Origin: an uncultured bacterium
GTDB lineage: Bacteria > Verrucomicrobiota > Kiritimatiellia > RFP12 > UBA1067
Assembly (NCBI GenBank): GCA_902775595.1
Contig: CACYNF010000002.1
Coordinates: 3,390 to 67,389 of the forward strand
DNA length: 64,000 bases
Direction: 5' to 3'
The position numbers and the translations under genes are program-made. The notes under the pieces were generated by a model. The model made no database searches. It was not told the origin of the DNA and worked only from the letters and a program-made list of their open reading frames with translations. This document shows, piece by piece, positions 10,501 to 18,954 of the stretch (position 1 is its first letter; each line of letters begins with the position of its first letter).

Positions 10501-10801
10501 TCTGCGCCGTTTTCGTGAGGCTCTCGAACGCCTCGCCCGTGGAGCCCGTCACAGCCTGGACGAGCCGCATCCTGTCGTCGAACCCCGCGAACGACCGCTC
10601 CGCGAGGACGAAGGGAAGCGACATCGCCCCGCCGAGCGCGAGAAGCTCGCGGCCGACGGAGGAGCATGACTGCGAGAACGCACGGAGCTGCGACTGCGCC
10701 TCCCCGAGGCTCTTGCGGAGCTTCGACGAGTCAGCAGTCACCTCGACGAACGCGCGTCCCGCCTTGATGTTGTTCGCAGCCGCCATAGCGCCTCCCTTCA
10801 T
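7538..10801 (-). CDS. phage tail tape measure protein (1087 aa)
   Basis: Size, Ala/Gly-rich transmembrane-like central segment, long coiled-coil C-terminal half, N-terminal TP901-type TMP-core-like region; position after chaperone genes. Confidence 0.8.
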   Translation of the reverse strand: MKGGAMAAANNIKAGRAFVEVTADSSKLRKSLGEAQSQLRAFSQSCSSVGRELLALGGAMSLPFVLAERSFAGFDDRMRLVQAVTGSTGEAFESLTKTAQRLGRETSFTAQQVADAMVALGRMGFDRTEIEASISSVLNLSRATGTELAESADIAANSMRIFGMEASKMTQVTDILTATANGSAQTLTDLFEGLKMAGPQAAAAGESLDELCAALGVMANMGVKGSLAGTALRKAYVQFADVKIQKILREVGVEATDSSGNLRRIADVMRDIAVATKSLPTAERLAFMKDVFDVRGMMSGMSLTKDVKELDAFLAKLKDVSGQADATAKAMDAGVGGSFRLFQSAVEGAMNATGEALNSTIKPMVERITAVINSFTKWIEANRGLVTSIAVTAGSIAALGAALLAVGTVSRVLSTGIGALSGVFSAFAGVQAALAGKGVLVQGAFSLMARAFADYRNAAIPAMVGTSRLLAALNLPIDSRAKQIAAGLVLMGNAEAAAAAKSAIASRFTAVTAALKGLNSATIAATVSAKAHAAAETIAGIAVKAATAAHVAFAAVGRALTLSHAKAALTAGVAATANVALAATTKVVAAGYLAASAAATAFCAIPITWILIGIVAALGGLCAYMASATKHTAELSDEMSKLREKGDQLRATDQLRMERLTQLAEKESLNNAEMAEAEKLANQLKGRYGDLGIEVDRASKSISLAADAQSRFNEAMKTQAIHQIEAEIAESRKNIRELEEESDSLTGAWVNIWNTVTFRMHKAAEDIHANGERIREEMAKIAEANRRMEAIMGGDEDALTGGKSEHEKLEEKVEGGRSERSASADEADGAAKKASDIERRLIRETRSELENEVSDIRELRDEYKALISTMLSYEKSKKDRDLEKIADLEGRLAEADATAERRIKVAEAKAKRKFDREIADLQESFDRTAEDIERRRSEGETDRRVEATLKDDAAAGMKMLNDLISQSKVAAASAKAEFRKALDDAQADGDVTDEEEARIRKAQDAYSLAEGLVDKYESKLRSAQEATAKQTSITKPQGTFYARAAQSLRGDRLEQRMLNATQEIAKHTKKTAELLKDGVGGGTMTFQ

Positions 10802-10971
10802 TTCTCCTCTTCGAGGAACACGCGAGCCGCGTGTTCAAGCATCCCCAGCCGTTCCAGGCTTTCGTATTCCCTGGGGTGGTTGTCCCGCATCCACCCGGCG
10901 ACCTCGCGGATGTCCTCCGCGAGAATCCTGATGCGCTCCAGTGCGTACTCGGGGTTCACGATGTCGGGCAT
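10798..10971 (-). CDS. small hypothetical protein (57 aa) between chaperone and tape measure
   Basis: Start MPDIVNPEY internal to track ORF 10798..11241 (upstream part R-rich junk); stop overlaps TMP start (ATGA). Confidence 0.4.
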   Translation of the reverse strand: MPDIVNPEYALERIRILAEDIREVAGWMRDNHPREYESLERLGMLEHAARVFLEEEK

Positions 10972-11215
10972 TTCGCACCTCCCCTGCAGAACGCGGCCTT
11001 GAGCGCTTCCTTCATATCCTCGCCGCGCAGAACCACCTTCGGCGGCTCCGGCGTGAACGGGTTGAAGTCCGAGGGCTTGAGCGGCTTGCCCCTCTTCGGG
11101 TCTCGGTTCAGGTTCGCGAGAAGCGCCATCATCGACGACGCGATCCCCCACTCGAACTTCGCCCGTCCGTCGGCCATGAGCCCAAGCTCCCTCAAGGTGA
11201 GGGGGCCTGGGTCGA
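10956..11215 (-). CDS. -1 frame extension of tail assembly chaperone (gpT-like) or independent 74-aa ORF (start about 11176)
   Basis: Protein-like translation ...GPLTLRELGLMADGRAKFEWGIASSMMALLANLNRDPKRGKPLKPSDFNPFTPEPPKVVLRGEDMKEALKAAFCRGGAKCPTS in -1 frame overlapping 3' end of chaperone gene; run of five C on coding strand (about 11200-11204) just before chaperone stop. Confidence 0.35.
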
Positions 11216-11692
11216 CCCCTGCGATTCCGGCGAGCCGCCAAGCGGACTCAAGAGCGTCTTCATCCGCTCCTCGAACTCCGGGCTTTCGAGCGCCTCGGCG
11301 ACCGCCGCCGCGCTCTCCATCTCGTACTTCCTCGCGAGGCCGACCGCCTTCTTCAGGATGAGCCGCCTCGCCCCTGGGAAAAAATCGACGAGTTCGTCGA
11401 GAAACGCCCTCGTCGCCGTCTCGATGGAGTCGCCCGCGAGCGACGAGCCGAAGTCCTCGTCGGTCACCCCGTCCGCCTTCGCCTGCTGCTCGCAGAGGAC
11501 CCAGAGGATGTCGCAGAGGAGGATCGGGTCGTTCGCCACGCGGTCGATTGTGTCGGTCGCGACTGACCCGTCCTTGTTCGTCTGTATGACGTTCACGAGG
11601 TCGACCCCGAGGATGTCCCTCACCCGCTTCATCTGGCGGATGTTGAGCTCTATCTCCCAGGAGCGCCCCTTCGCGTCGGTAAATGCCTTCAT
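11192..11692 (-). CDS. tail assembly chaperone (gpG-like), 166 aa
   Basis: Position between major tail and tape measure; acidic C-terminus; overlapping -1 frame ORF downstream. Confidence 0.5.
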   Translation of the reverse strand: MKAFTDAKGRSWEIELNIRQMKRVRDILGVDLVNVIQTNKDGSVATDTIDRVANDPILLCDILWVLCEQQAKADGVTDEDFGSSLAGDSIETATRAFLDELVDFFPGARRLILKKAVGLARKYEMESAAAVAEALESPEFEERMKTLLSPLGGSPESQGSTQAPSP

Positions 11693-11710
11693 CGTCTTTT
11701 CCTCCCGCTA

Positions 11711-12142
11711 TCAGCCGCCGTTGCCTCCGCCGTCCTTCCACGTCGGCGCTCTTGTGACCAGAGTCGGCTTGCAGGTGACGCTGACCGTCAGCGCCTCCTC
11801 AAGGGGCTCGGAGCGCGAGAACGACGTCACGACGAAGTCCGCGTCGAGCCCGTTGCCGTCGCCGTCGGAGGCGAAGAGCGCAATCGCGGTGTTGTTAAAG
11901 TACGCGTCCTTGATCGCCTTGAACCCGGCGTCCGACGTGTCCCACACCATCTCGAACTCGAGGCTCGCCTCCTTCAGCGTCGCCGCCGTGATGCGCCAGC
12001 CCTCGGCCGCGCGCGTCGTGATGTCCGCCTCGCCCGTCTCCAGGTTGAGCGTCACGTCCTTGCAGTTCTTCATCTCCGAGGAGGCGGTCGATCCCGCCGC
12101 GCCGTGGAAGAGCTGCGCATCCAATCCAAGCTTGTATGCCAT
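11711..12142 (-). CDS. major tail protein (TP901-1/phi13-like), 143 aa
   Basis: Size and composition, position upstream of chaperone/TMP. Confidence 0.55.
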   Translation of the reverse strand: MAYKLGLDAQLFHGAAGSTASSEMKNCKDVTLNLETGEADITTRAAEGWRITAATLKEASLEFEMVWDTSDAGFKAIKDAYFNNTAIALFASDGDGNGLDADFVVTSFSRSEPLEEALTVSVTCKPTLVTRAPTWKDGGGNGG

Positions 12143-12166
12143 TTGGTTTTCTCCTTTGTGTGTAAG

Positions 12167-12547
12167 TCACTTGACCGCGTCGCGCCACAGCTTCGCGAGG
12201 CGGGGCGCGGACTCCTTCAGGGCGGGTCCCATCAGCGGACGCTTCGGATAGCGTTCGCGGCGGTACTTGCCGCCGAACTCGTGCGCCGAGGCGGACTCGC
12301 CGACGAAGTTGAATCCGGGTCCGACGAGGACGGACCTCTCTCCGTCGCTGGCGAAGAGGATCGCCCGCTTGATGAGGCCCCTTCGCGAGTGCGGTGGCTG
12401 ACCCGGCGTCGAGGGCTTCGGGCTCGTCACGACCTTCCTCTGCGCGACGCGGCGGACGTACGCCCCCGCGCGGCGGAGGATGTCGCGGCCCGCGCGGGCG
12501 ATCCTCGCGACGAGCCCGTCCTCGTCGAACTCTACCTCGCACTTCAT
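12167..12547 (-). CDS. head-tail connector / tail completion-type protein (126 aa)
   Basis: Internal start MKCEVEFDEDG; upstream part of track ORF is R-rich junk; ATGA-type overlap with upstream gene. Confidence 0.45.
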   Translation of the reverse strand: MKCEVEFDEDGLVARIARAGRDILRRAGAYVRRVAQRKVVTSPKPSTPGQPPHSRRGLIKRAILFASDGERSVLVGPGFNFVGESASAHEFGGKYRRERYPKRPLMGPALKESAPRLAKLWRDAVK

Positions 12548-12960
12548 CAGCCGCCCTCCGCGACGCGGTGCTCGTTCACCTCCTTGAAGAGGAGTTCGAT
12601 TACGCCCGTGAACTGCCGCCTCTCCCTCATGTGGTCGGGGGCGTACAGCGGCGCATGGTTCGCCTCGACGCACGTCGCCCCGCGCACGGTCGTGTGCAGG
12701 AAGTCGAGCGCGAGCGTCTGCGCGTAGCTCACGAGGTCGACGAGGTCGTCCTCGGTCGCCTTGCGGAGGACGCCCACGTGTATCGTGAGAAAGTCCTCCC
12801 TGAATCCCCGCGCCAGCATCTTGTGCTTTATGCCGACCGGGACGACGACGATGCGCGTCCGCTCCTTCACGTCCTTGAGGGAGTATTCGGGCGCGAGTTC
12901 CACGTCGGCCTCGCCGATCCTCTCGGCGACGCCGTGCGCGAGCGAGATGATGTCGACCAT
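12547..12960 (-). CDS. neck/head-tail joining protein (137 aa)
   Basis: Clean ORF in connector module. Confidence 0.5.
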   Translation of the reverse strand: MVDIISLAHGVAERIGEADVELAPEYSLKDVKERTRIVVVPVGIKHKMLARGFREDFLTIHVGVLRKATEDDLVDLVSYAQTLALDFLHTTVRGATCVEANHAPLYAPDHMRERRQFTGVIELLFKEVNEHRVAEGG

Positions 12961-12981
12961 GCCCCTCCTCCTTCCTCCGCG

Positions 12982-13248
12982 CTACTGCGCGATTCCCTTT
13001 ACCACCTCGAAGACGAGCGTCGCGACTGCGGAGAGGAGCGATATTATCGCCGCCCCCATCGCCGCGTGCAGCGTCTTCTGGAGCCCGCTCGCCGTGGAAC
13101 ACGGCGGCGTGTGGTGCGAGGAGTCCGTGAAGTGCATCTTCACCATCCCCTTGAGTTCCGCGATGTCCATGCGCGCACGCGTCACCCCTTCCCACAGCTC
13201 CGGAAAGCCCGGAGGCATCTCCATGTGCTGCTGTTCGTTGGCTGCCAT
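12982..13248 (-). CDS. small protein with C-terminal hydrophobic helix (88 aa)
   Basis: Internal start MAANEQQ 2 nt after upstream stop; C-terminal ...AAMGAAIISLLSAVATLVFEVV. Confidence 0.35.
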   Translation of the reverse strand: MAANEQQHMEMPPGFPELWEGVTRARMDIAELKGMVKMHFTDSSHHTPPCSTASGLQKTLHAAMGAAIISLLSAVATLVFEVVKGIAQ

Positions 13249-13250
13249 TG

Positions 13251-13592
13251 CTATCCTCCTGTGTGCTTGGCGTGAATCCTGTACGCAGTGTGGAACGCGT
13301 CGCTCCAGCGCCACGCGGGTTCCCCGTTTGGCGCAAGGACTTCGTATGTCGCCCCAAGGAACTCCACCTCGTCGCCGACCTGCGGCTCGAAGGGAAGCTG
13401 CTCCTTCGGGACGATGAAGTCACGCGTCTCGACGCGCGTCCAGATTCCGTCCGCGTCCGTCGAGCGGAACACCGTCCTTCCGACTACCGCCCTGACGGTG
13501 AGCGGCTCGCCTCCGAGACGTTTGTACACGACCTCGGAGGCGACGCTCTGCATCTGGATCGCGCGGAGGTGCCCTATTCCCGACTGGATCAT
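13251..13592 (-). CDS. head-tail adaptor-like protein (113 aa)
   Basis: Clean ORF, connector module position. Confidence 0.5.
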   Translation of the reverse strand: MIQSGIGHLRAIQMQSVASEVVYKRLGGEPLTVRAVVGRTVFRSTDADGIWTRVETRDFIVPKEQLPFEPQVGDEVEFLGATYEVLAPNGEPAWRWSDAFHTAYRIHAKHTGG

Positions 13593-13595
13593 CGG

Positions 13596-13937
13596 TTAGT
13601 TGATCCCCTGGCAGAGGCGCACAAGCACGGTCGGGTCTGCGGCGTTCGCGAAGGACACGGCGTGCCCGACCTTGACCGTACCTGACGTTCCGGCGGAGAC
13701 GGCCTTCCTGCTCGCCGAACTCCATCCCACCTCGGAGCCTACGCCAAAACCGACGTCCGTCGTCTTCGCCATCTCGTAGACGCCCGTGAGCGCGAGAGCG
13801 CCCAGCTCGCCCGCCTTGATGTCGAGCTTCGCCACGCCTACGAGCTTGTTGGAGAGTACGACCACGTCTCCCGCAGCGACGTCCGCCGTCGGCGTGTAGT
13901 CGACGGCGTCGCCCCTCTGAACATACCTTGCATCCAT
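13596..13937 (-). CDS. DUF2190-like capsid-associated protein (113 aa)
   Basis: MDARYVQRGDAVDYTPTADVAAGDVVVL..VGVA..DI.AGELGALA.TGVYE resembles the DUF2190 pattern; directly downstream of capsid gene. Confidence 0.55.
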   Translation of the reverse strand: MDARYVQRGDAVDYTPTADVAAGDVVVLSNKLVGVAKLDIKAGELGALALTGVYEMAKTTDVGFGVGSEVGWSSASRKAVSAGTSGTVKVGHAVSFANAADPTVLVRLCQGIN

Positions 13938-13971
13938 TGTGTGCAGTCCTTTCTCGATTGAAGTTTGAGGA

Positions 13972-13992
13972 AAAGCGGCCGGGGCCGCCCGG
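13972..13992 (-). terminator. candidate intrinsic terminator/attenuator after capsid gene
   Basis: Coding-strand GCGGCC-CC-GGCCGC hairpin followed by TTTTCC; a second GC hairpin plus U-rich stretch nearer the capsid stop. Confidence 0.3.
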
Positions 13993-14048
13993 AGCGGGAA
14001 AAGAAACAATAAAAGAAACCCGCCGCCGGACGGCCCCGCCCGCAGACT

Positions 14049-16112
14049 TTAGGCAGCCGCCCCGTTGGACTTGACCATGCCGCGATGGTCCTGTTCCCTG
14101 ATCCCCACATCGAAGTACACCCGGAACCAGATGCCGAGGACGTTGAAGTCGAGGTCCCCGCGCTCAACGGTCGGCGTGCGCTTGCCCTTGAGGTAGCCGA
14201 TCTCGAACGTGTCCACCGTCCCCGGCCTGCCGAAGAGGTACCACGCCGCGTCGCTCGCGCCGTCGTACTTCGCGTTCGAGAGGTACGGAGAGCTCACGAT
14301 CTGCAGGTTCTGCTCGGCGAGGACGTTCAGCGTCGGGCGGATCGTGTTCTCCGCGCCGCCGGACATCATGAGCGCAGCGCCGCGCGTGAGCTCGACCGCG
14401 AGGAACTTGAGCGCCGTCGGGACGAGCAGGATCGAGGGCTCCACGTTCACCGGCTGTCCGTCCGCGTCCGTCTGGTCGAGGAACACCTTGATCGCCTTCT
14501 TGAGGGAGTCGGCGGAAAGAGCCGACGTCGCGCCCGTGAGGAGGTTCCTGTGGTTCGTCGAGAAGAGCGGCTTCCCGTCCACCATCGTGGGGTTCGCCAT
14601 GAGGCGCTGGAAGAAGAGCTGGTCGACGAGGCGGGCCGCGCGGTTGCCCATCGCGGTCGGGACCTTTAGGAACGCGCCGAGGTCGTCGTTGATGATCATC
14701 TTGCGCGTCAGGCAGAACTTCTTGGCATACGTGTCGAGCTGGTTCACCGCCTTCTCCTCGCTGACGCCGCCGTCCTTGATCTCGCCGTCCGCGCCGACGG
14801 GCTTGAGGTCGCCGATGTCCGTCAAACGGAAACGCTGGTTCTCCTTGAAGTCGGAGAGGTCGGCGGACGTGCAGAGGCTCGTCGCGATGATCGGCTGCGC
14901 CCTGTACGCCTGCAGGAGCTTCTTCTGCGCGACGTTCGAGAGGATGCCGGGAAGCGACACCGTCGAGAACGCGGCCTTGATCGCGGAGTTGTCGAAGGTG
15001 CGGGGGACGTTCATCCCCTCGAGCCTCATGCACTCTGCGAGGACGCCCTGGAGCGGGATGTCGCAGTCCTTCATCGCGGCCTCGACGGTCTCCTCGCCCA
15101 TGTCCTTCGCGAGCGTGTCGCCGTCGATGCCCGCGCGGAGCGAGAGGGCCGCCTCGAGCGTCTTCTCGGTCATGCCGGACTTCTTCACGACGACTGCGGG
15201 GGCGGAGGTCGTGGGCTGCTTGGCGCGGTACGCCTTCAGCACCTCCTCGTTCACGCGGTTGCGGTCCCATCCTTCGGCGACCGCCTTCGCCTCGATGTCG
15301 GCGAACTCGCCGCCGCAAACGCCCTTGATCATGGCGACGCGCTCGCGCTCGGCCTTGATCGCCTCCGCCGCGATTGCCTTCGCGTCGGGCGCGGGCTCCT
15401 GGGAGGGCGTGGCCGCCGCGACGACGGTCTTGGGGGTTTCGGAAGGCTGCGCGGCGGGCGCGGACGCCGTCACGGGCTTGGGCGCTTCGGCGGGGGCCGC
15501 CGGAGCAGCTGCAGGGGCGGTGGGAGTCGTCGGCGCTGCGGGAGTTCCCGTTCCCTGTCCGCCGTTCCCCGTTCCCTTGATGGAAGGTTCCATAATGGAG
15601 TTTCCTTTCAGTTCGAGTTTGGCCGTGACTGTCATGTGCGTCGAGCGGTCCGCGCCCACGGCGACTACGCTGACCTCCCGCAAAGTTGACTTGGTGACGT
15701 GGTAGAACGGGGCTTCGTGCTCGGCTCCGTTCACCTTCCGCTTCCCCTCCTGGACAAGCTCGGCGGCATCGACCTCGGCTCCTATGGAGAGCTGCCAGTC
15801 CGCGCCCGCCTTCCCCTGCGCCACTATCGCCTCGGCGAGTTCGCCGCCCGCGACGATCTCCCCCGACATCACGAGATGCCCGTCCTCGGCCTTGGTGGCC
15901 ACGACCCCGATGCGGCCGAGCGTGTGGTTCTCGTGGTTCGCGAGAAGCGGCACGGACTCGGGGACCGTCATGCCGGAAAGGTCCACGACCACGGGGCGCG
16001 ACCATCCGAAGAGCCGCATCTTCCCGCCTCCGTAGGCGACGCCCGCCACCTTGTGCTTTCCGCCGCCGTCCTTCGCGGCGGTGATCTCGAGATATTCACT
16101 CGTCTTTCCCAT
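14049..16112 (-). CDS. prohead protease (HK97/S78-like) fused to major capsid protein (HK97 fold), 687 aa
   Basis: N-terminal LLANHE..LGRIG...EDGHL...LSIGAEV protease-family pattern; Ala/Pro-rich linker; C-terminal 400 aa capsid-like. Confidence 0.75.
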   Translation of the reverse strand: MGKTSEYLEITAAKDGGGKHKVAGVAYGGGKMRLFGWSRPVVVDLSGMTVPESVPLLANHENHTLGRIGVVATKAEDGHLVMSGEIVAGGELAEAIVAQGKAGADWQLSIGAEVDAAELVQEGKRKVNGAEHEAPFYHVTKSTLREVSVVAVGADRSTHMTVTAKLELKGNSIMEPSIKGTGNGGQGTGTPAAPTTPTAPAAAPAAPAEAPKPVTASAPAAQPSETPKTVVAAATPSQEPAPDAKAIAAEAIKAERERVAMIKGVCGGEFADIEAKAVAEGWDRNRVNEEVLKAYRAKQPTTSAPAVVVKKSGMTEKTLEAALSLRAGIDGDTLAKDMGEETVEAAMKDCDIPLQGVLAECMRLEGMNVPRTFDNSAIKAAFSTVSLPGILSNVAQKKLLQAYRAQPIIATSLCTSADLSDFKENQRFRLTDIGDLKPVGADGEIKDGGVSEEKAVNQLDTYAKKFCLTRKMIINDDLGAFLKVPTAMGNRAARLVDQLFFQRLMANPTMVDGKPLFSTNHRNLLTGATSALSADSLKKAIKVFLDQTDADGQPVNVEPSILLVPTALKFLAVELTRGAALMMSGGAENTIRPTLNVLAEQNLQIVSSPYLSNAKYDGASDAAWYLFGRPGTVDTFEIGYLKGKRTPTVERGDLDFNVLGIWFRVYFDVGIREQDHRGMVKSNGAAA

Positions 16113-17517
16113 CTTCTCCTCCTTCGTTTTCGTCTAGCGAATCCTTCTTTTCGTCGCCTATGCCGAGCTGCTCCTTGAGGGCCTTCTCCTTGGCGATCTG
16201 CCTAAGCTCGACCTCCCAGTCGCGTCCCTGCTTGGCGTACTCTATCGCGAGGTTCGTCGTGTGCGACTCGAGCCGCTTCTGCTGCGCGGCCGCCTCCTTC
16301 GCGGGGTCTACGTGCTCCTGCCCGTCCCAGAACCACACGTGGCGGCAGTCGCAGAGGTCGACGTCGGCCGCCGTAGCGAGCGCCCACTCGCGCATCCACG
16401 TTTCGAGTACACGGTCGAGGACAACGGCCTCCATGAAGGACTGGTCGACCTTGATCGCCTTGTAGTAGGTCTGGTGGTCGAGCCTGCCGCTCGCGTAGTT
16501 GTACCCCGACGAATTCCCCGCTGCGATGTTGTAGGGCACCGAAAGACACCTCGCGATCTCGTTCAGCACCTCGTGCTTGAACTCGGCGTATGTCGTGACG
16601 GGCTGCTTGGGGTCGACCTGCGACATCTTCCAGCCGCCCGGCATCGTGAGGAGCATGTTGCGCTCCAGCTGGATCGTGTCCATCGCCTCGACCGAGTCGG
16701 CCTCGCCGTTCGCGGGGGCGTCCGTGTAGAGGATGCCAGCAAAGTCGGCGGCCGCCTCCGCAGCGGAGACGACCGCGAGAGTGAACCGGCGGAGGTGCGC
16801 GAAGAGCGGCAGCGCCGCCGTGATCTCCGGGATTCCCCGGTGCTGCTCGGGGCGGTCCTGGCGGAACACGTGGATCATGTTCTCCGCCTTGACCGTGACG
16901 AACTCCATGTCGAAAGCATCCCTCCCGCCGGGGTGGTGCTTCAGCACCTTGTACGAGACGGGGTTTCCAAATTGGTCGAACGTGACGCCGTCCACGCAGT
17001 TCGGATCGACTGAAAGCTCTGTATCCGTAACCCGGTCGGCTTCGATGAGCTGCATGTCGAGCGTCACGTTCGATTTGAGCGCGGGGTTGCGGGCGAGCAG
17101 GACGAACGCCTCGCCGTCCTGGCAGCGGGCCATGCGAATGGTCCGCAGCTTGGCGGGGAGATGCGTCTTCTTCGCCCACACCCCGAAGTCGTGCTCTATT
17201 CTCCTGTTTGTCTCCTCGTCCTCGAGGAGCATCTGGAGTCTTGGTCCCGTTCCAATCGTGTCCTCCGCGAGGGTCTTCACGATCCCCCTCGCGTAGGAGT
17301 TGTTCTGCACTTCGTAGCGGGCGCGCGTGCGGAGTATCTTCCTCACGTTGGGGTCCGCCTCGGCGTCCGCCGAGAGGAACTCCGCCGCGCCCCAGTGCTT
17401 TGCGTTGTCCTTCGTCGTCTGCGCGGCGTCGAAGCGCGCGCGCATCCAGCTGGCAAGACGTCCGCCGAGGCTCCTCCGGTCCCCGCCGCCCTTCTTCCTC
17501 GATGGCCAAAGTCTCAT
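16096..17517 (-). CDS. portal protein (lambda-family type), 473 aa
   Basis: Size, position between gpW-like and capsid genes, acidic C-terminus. Confidence 0.7.
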   Translation of the reverse strand: MRLWPSRKKGGGDRRSLGGRLASWMRARFDAAQTTKDNAKHWGAAEFLSADAEADPNVRKILRTRARYEVQNNSYARGIVKTLAEDTIGTGPRLQMLLEDEETNRRIEHDFGVWAKKTHLPAKLRTIRMARCQDGEAFVLLARNPALKSNVTLDMQLIEADRVTDTELSVDPNCVDGVTFDQFGNPVSYKVLKHHPGGRDAFDMEFVTVKAENMIHVFRQDRPEQHRGIPEITAALPLFAHLRRFTLAVVSAAEAAADFAGILYTDAPANGEADSVEAMDTIQLERNMLLTMPGGWKMSQVDPKQPVTTYAEFKHEVLNEIARCLSVPYNIAAGNSSGYNYASGRLDHQTYYKAIKVDQSFMEAVVLDRVLETWMREWALATAADVDLCDCRHVWFWDGQEHVDPAKEAAAQQKRLESHTTNLAIEYAKQGRDWEVELRQIAKEKALKEQLGIGDEKKDSLDENEGGEDGKDE

Positions 17518-17726
17518 AGTATCGCCCCTCCCGCAGCCATCTTGTCTATCCTGATCGGAAGACGCCGCTTCTTCAACGCGTCCCTCGACGCATAGTAGTT
17601 GAGGAGCTTGATGGCGTCCGCCGCCGAGTGGTTCTCGACGACCTGTCCGTCAACCTCCACCTTCCTCGGCGAGAGGAGGAGGTTCTTTGCGATTTCCTCT
17701 ATCTCGGATTGTTCCATAGTCGTCAA
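17514..17726 (-). CDS. head-tail joining protein gpW-like (70 aa)
   Basis: 68-70 aa protein directly upstream of portal and downstream of GpA terminase block as in lambda (A-W-B order). Confidence 0.4.
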   Translation of the reverse strand: MTTMEQSEIEEIAKNLLLSPRKVEVDGQVVENHSAADAIKLLNYYASRDALKKRRLPIRIDKMAAGGAIL

Positions 17727-18741
17727 ACTCCTTTCCGCTTTCGACAGCGTCGATTCGCTCGCCGACCCAGCGCATCATGTTCACGCACATCGAGTTGCCG
17801 CACGCATGATGCCTGTGGCCGTCTGCGGCGTGCTCCTTGCCCTTCCACGGGATGTCCGTCCAGCCGGGCGGAAATCCCATGAGAGACTCGGACTCCACGG
17901 GGAGAAGTCGCCGCAGCTGCGCCGGGGTGCAAACGACGTTCACGTGGCTGGAGCGGAGCGTGTACATCGCCGCGCCCGCCTCGTCGTAACACTTCGTCTT
18001 GAGATTACCTGTCCGCCCCTCAAGGTTCATCATGTCGATGGGGAAGCACTCCGCTTCAGGACGCGCTCCAGCATCGGCGGCATCGCGTACCCGAGCCTCG
18101 CGGCACGGCGGAGCAGAGCCTCCGCATAGCTCGCCGCCAAGCAGTACCTCTGCGGCGCGGGTCCAGTCTCCACGAAATCCGACAAGGATGACACGACGCC
18201 TTCGCTGCGCGACCGCCCCCGGAAATGAGGGAACTCTGGTATATCTTGCGTCCAGCACCCGCCACGAAACGCCGAAGCTTCCGGGCGCATTGGCGACGAT
18301 TCCCGAATTCTTCCATCCTCCGTCGGGGACTTCGACGTCCCAGCCCGCGAGCCTGGAGAGGAAGGTTGCGAAGTCGCGCCCTCCATTGATGGAAAGCACG
18401 GCTGGGACGTTCTCCCATACGAGCCATCTCGCGTCCGTCCTTTCAGCCAGCCGGACAAACTCGATGGTGAGGCTTCCGCGAGGGTCGGCGATCCCGCCGC
18501 GCTTCCCGCCGGAAGAGAACGACTGGCATGGCGTCCCGCCGACAAGGAGGTCGATTGTTCCATCGTAGCCTCCCTTCTCAATCTTCGTGAAGTCGCCGAG
18601 GTTCGGAACCTCCGGCAGACGGTGCTTCAGGACTTCCGACGCGAACGGCTCGACCTCCGAGACGAACGCGCAGCGCCAGCCGAGGGGACGCCATGCGACC
18701 GTCGCGGCCTCGATCCCGCTGCACACGCTACCGTACCGCAT
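17650..18741 (-). CDS. DNA (cytosine-5)-methyltransferase (363 aa)
   Basis: Motif I YGSVCSGIEAA, motif IV GGTPCQSFSSGG, motif VI ENVPAVL; start MRYGSV internal to track ORF; 3' end overlaps gpW-like ORF by about 77 nt. Confidence 0.8.
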   Translation of the reverse strand: MRYGSVCSGIEAATVAWRPLGWRCAFVSEVEPFASEVLKHRLPEVPNLGDFTKIEKGGYDGTIDLLVGGTPCQSFSSGGKRGGIADPRGSLTIEFVRLAERTDARWLVWENVPAVLSINGGRDFATFLSRLAGWDVEVPDGGWKNSGIVANAPGSFGVSWRVLDARYTRVPSFPGAVAQRRRRVILVGFRGDWTRAAEVLLGGELCGGSAPPCREARVRDAADAGARPEAECFPIDMMNLEGRTGNLKTKCYDEAGAAMYTLRSSHVNVVCTPAQLRRLLPVESESLMGFPPGWTDIPWKGKEHAADGHRHHACGNSMCVNMMRWVGERIDAVESGKEFDDYGTIRDRGNRKEPPPLAEEGGG

Positions 18742-18831
18742 GGCGTCCCCTCCTTTCGCTCTGCCGGCAACCTGCCGATGGCGGCTGCGGTGAAAAACAA
18801 CAAAAGCCGCACCGCACGCACTCGTCAGGAC

Positions 18832-18895
18832 AAGGGCCGCGCCACCGCGCCCCACAATAATATATACAACTGCCGAAGCAAAATAGTGAGAATTA
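18832..18895. repeat. conserved about 60-bp intergenic element, copy 1 (second copy 35408-35465)
   Basis: cccacaataatatatacaac(t/c)gccgaagcaaaat(a/t)gtgagaatta(t/a)ttttca present at both sites in same orientation, about 93% identical. Confidence 0.6.
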
Positions 18896-18954
18896 TTTTT
18901 CACTTTTTTGCGTCGGAGTCCGAAAGAGCGAAACCCCTGGCGGCCGCGATGTCA

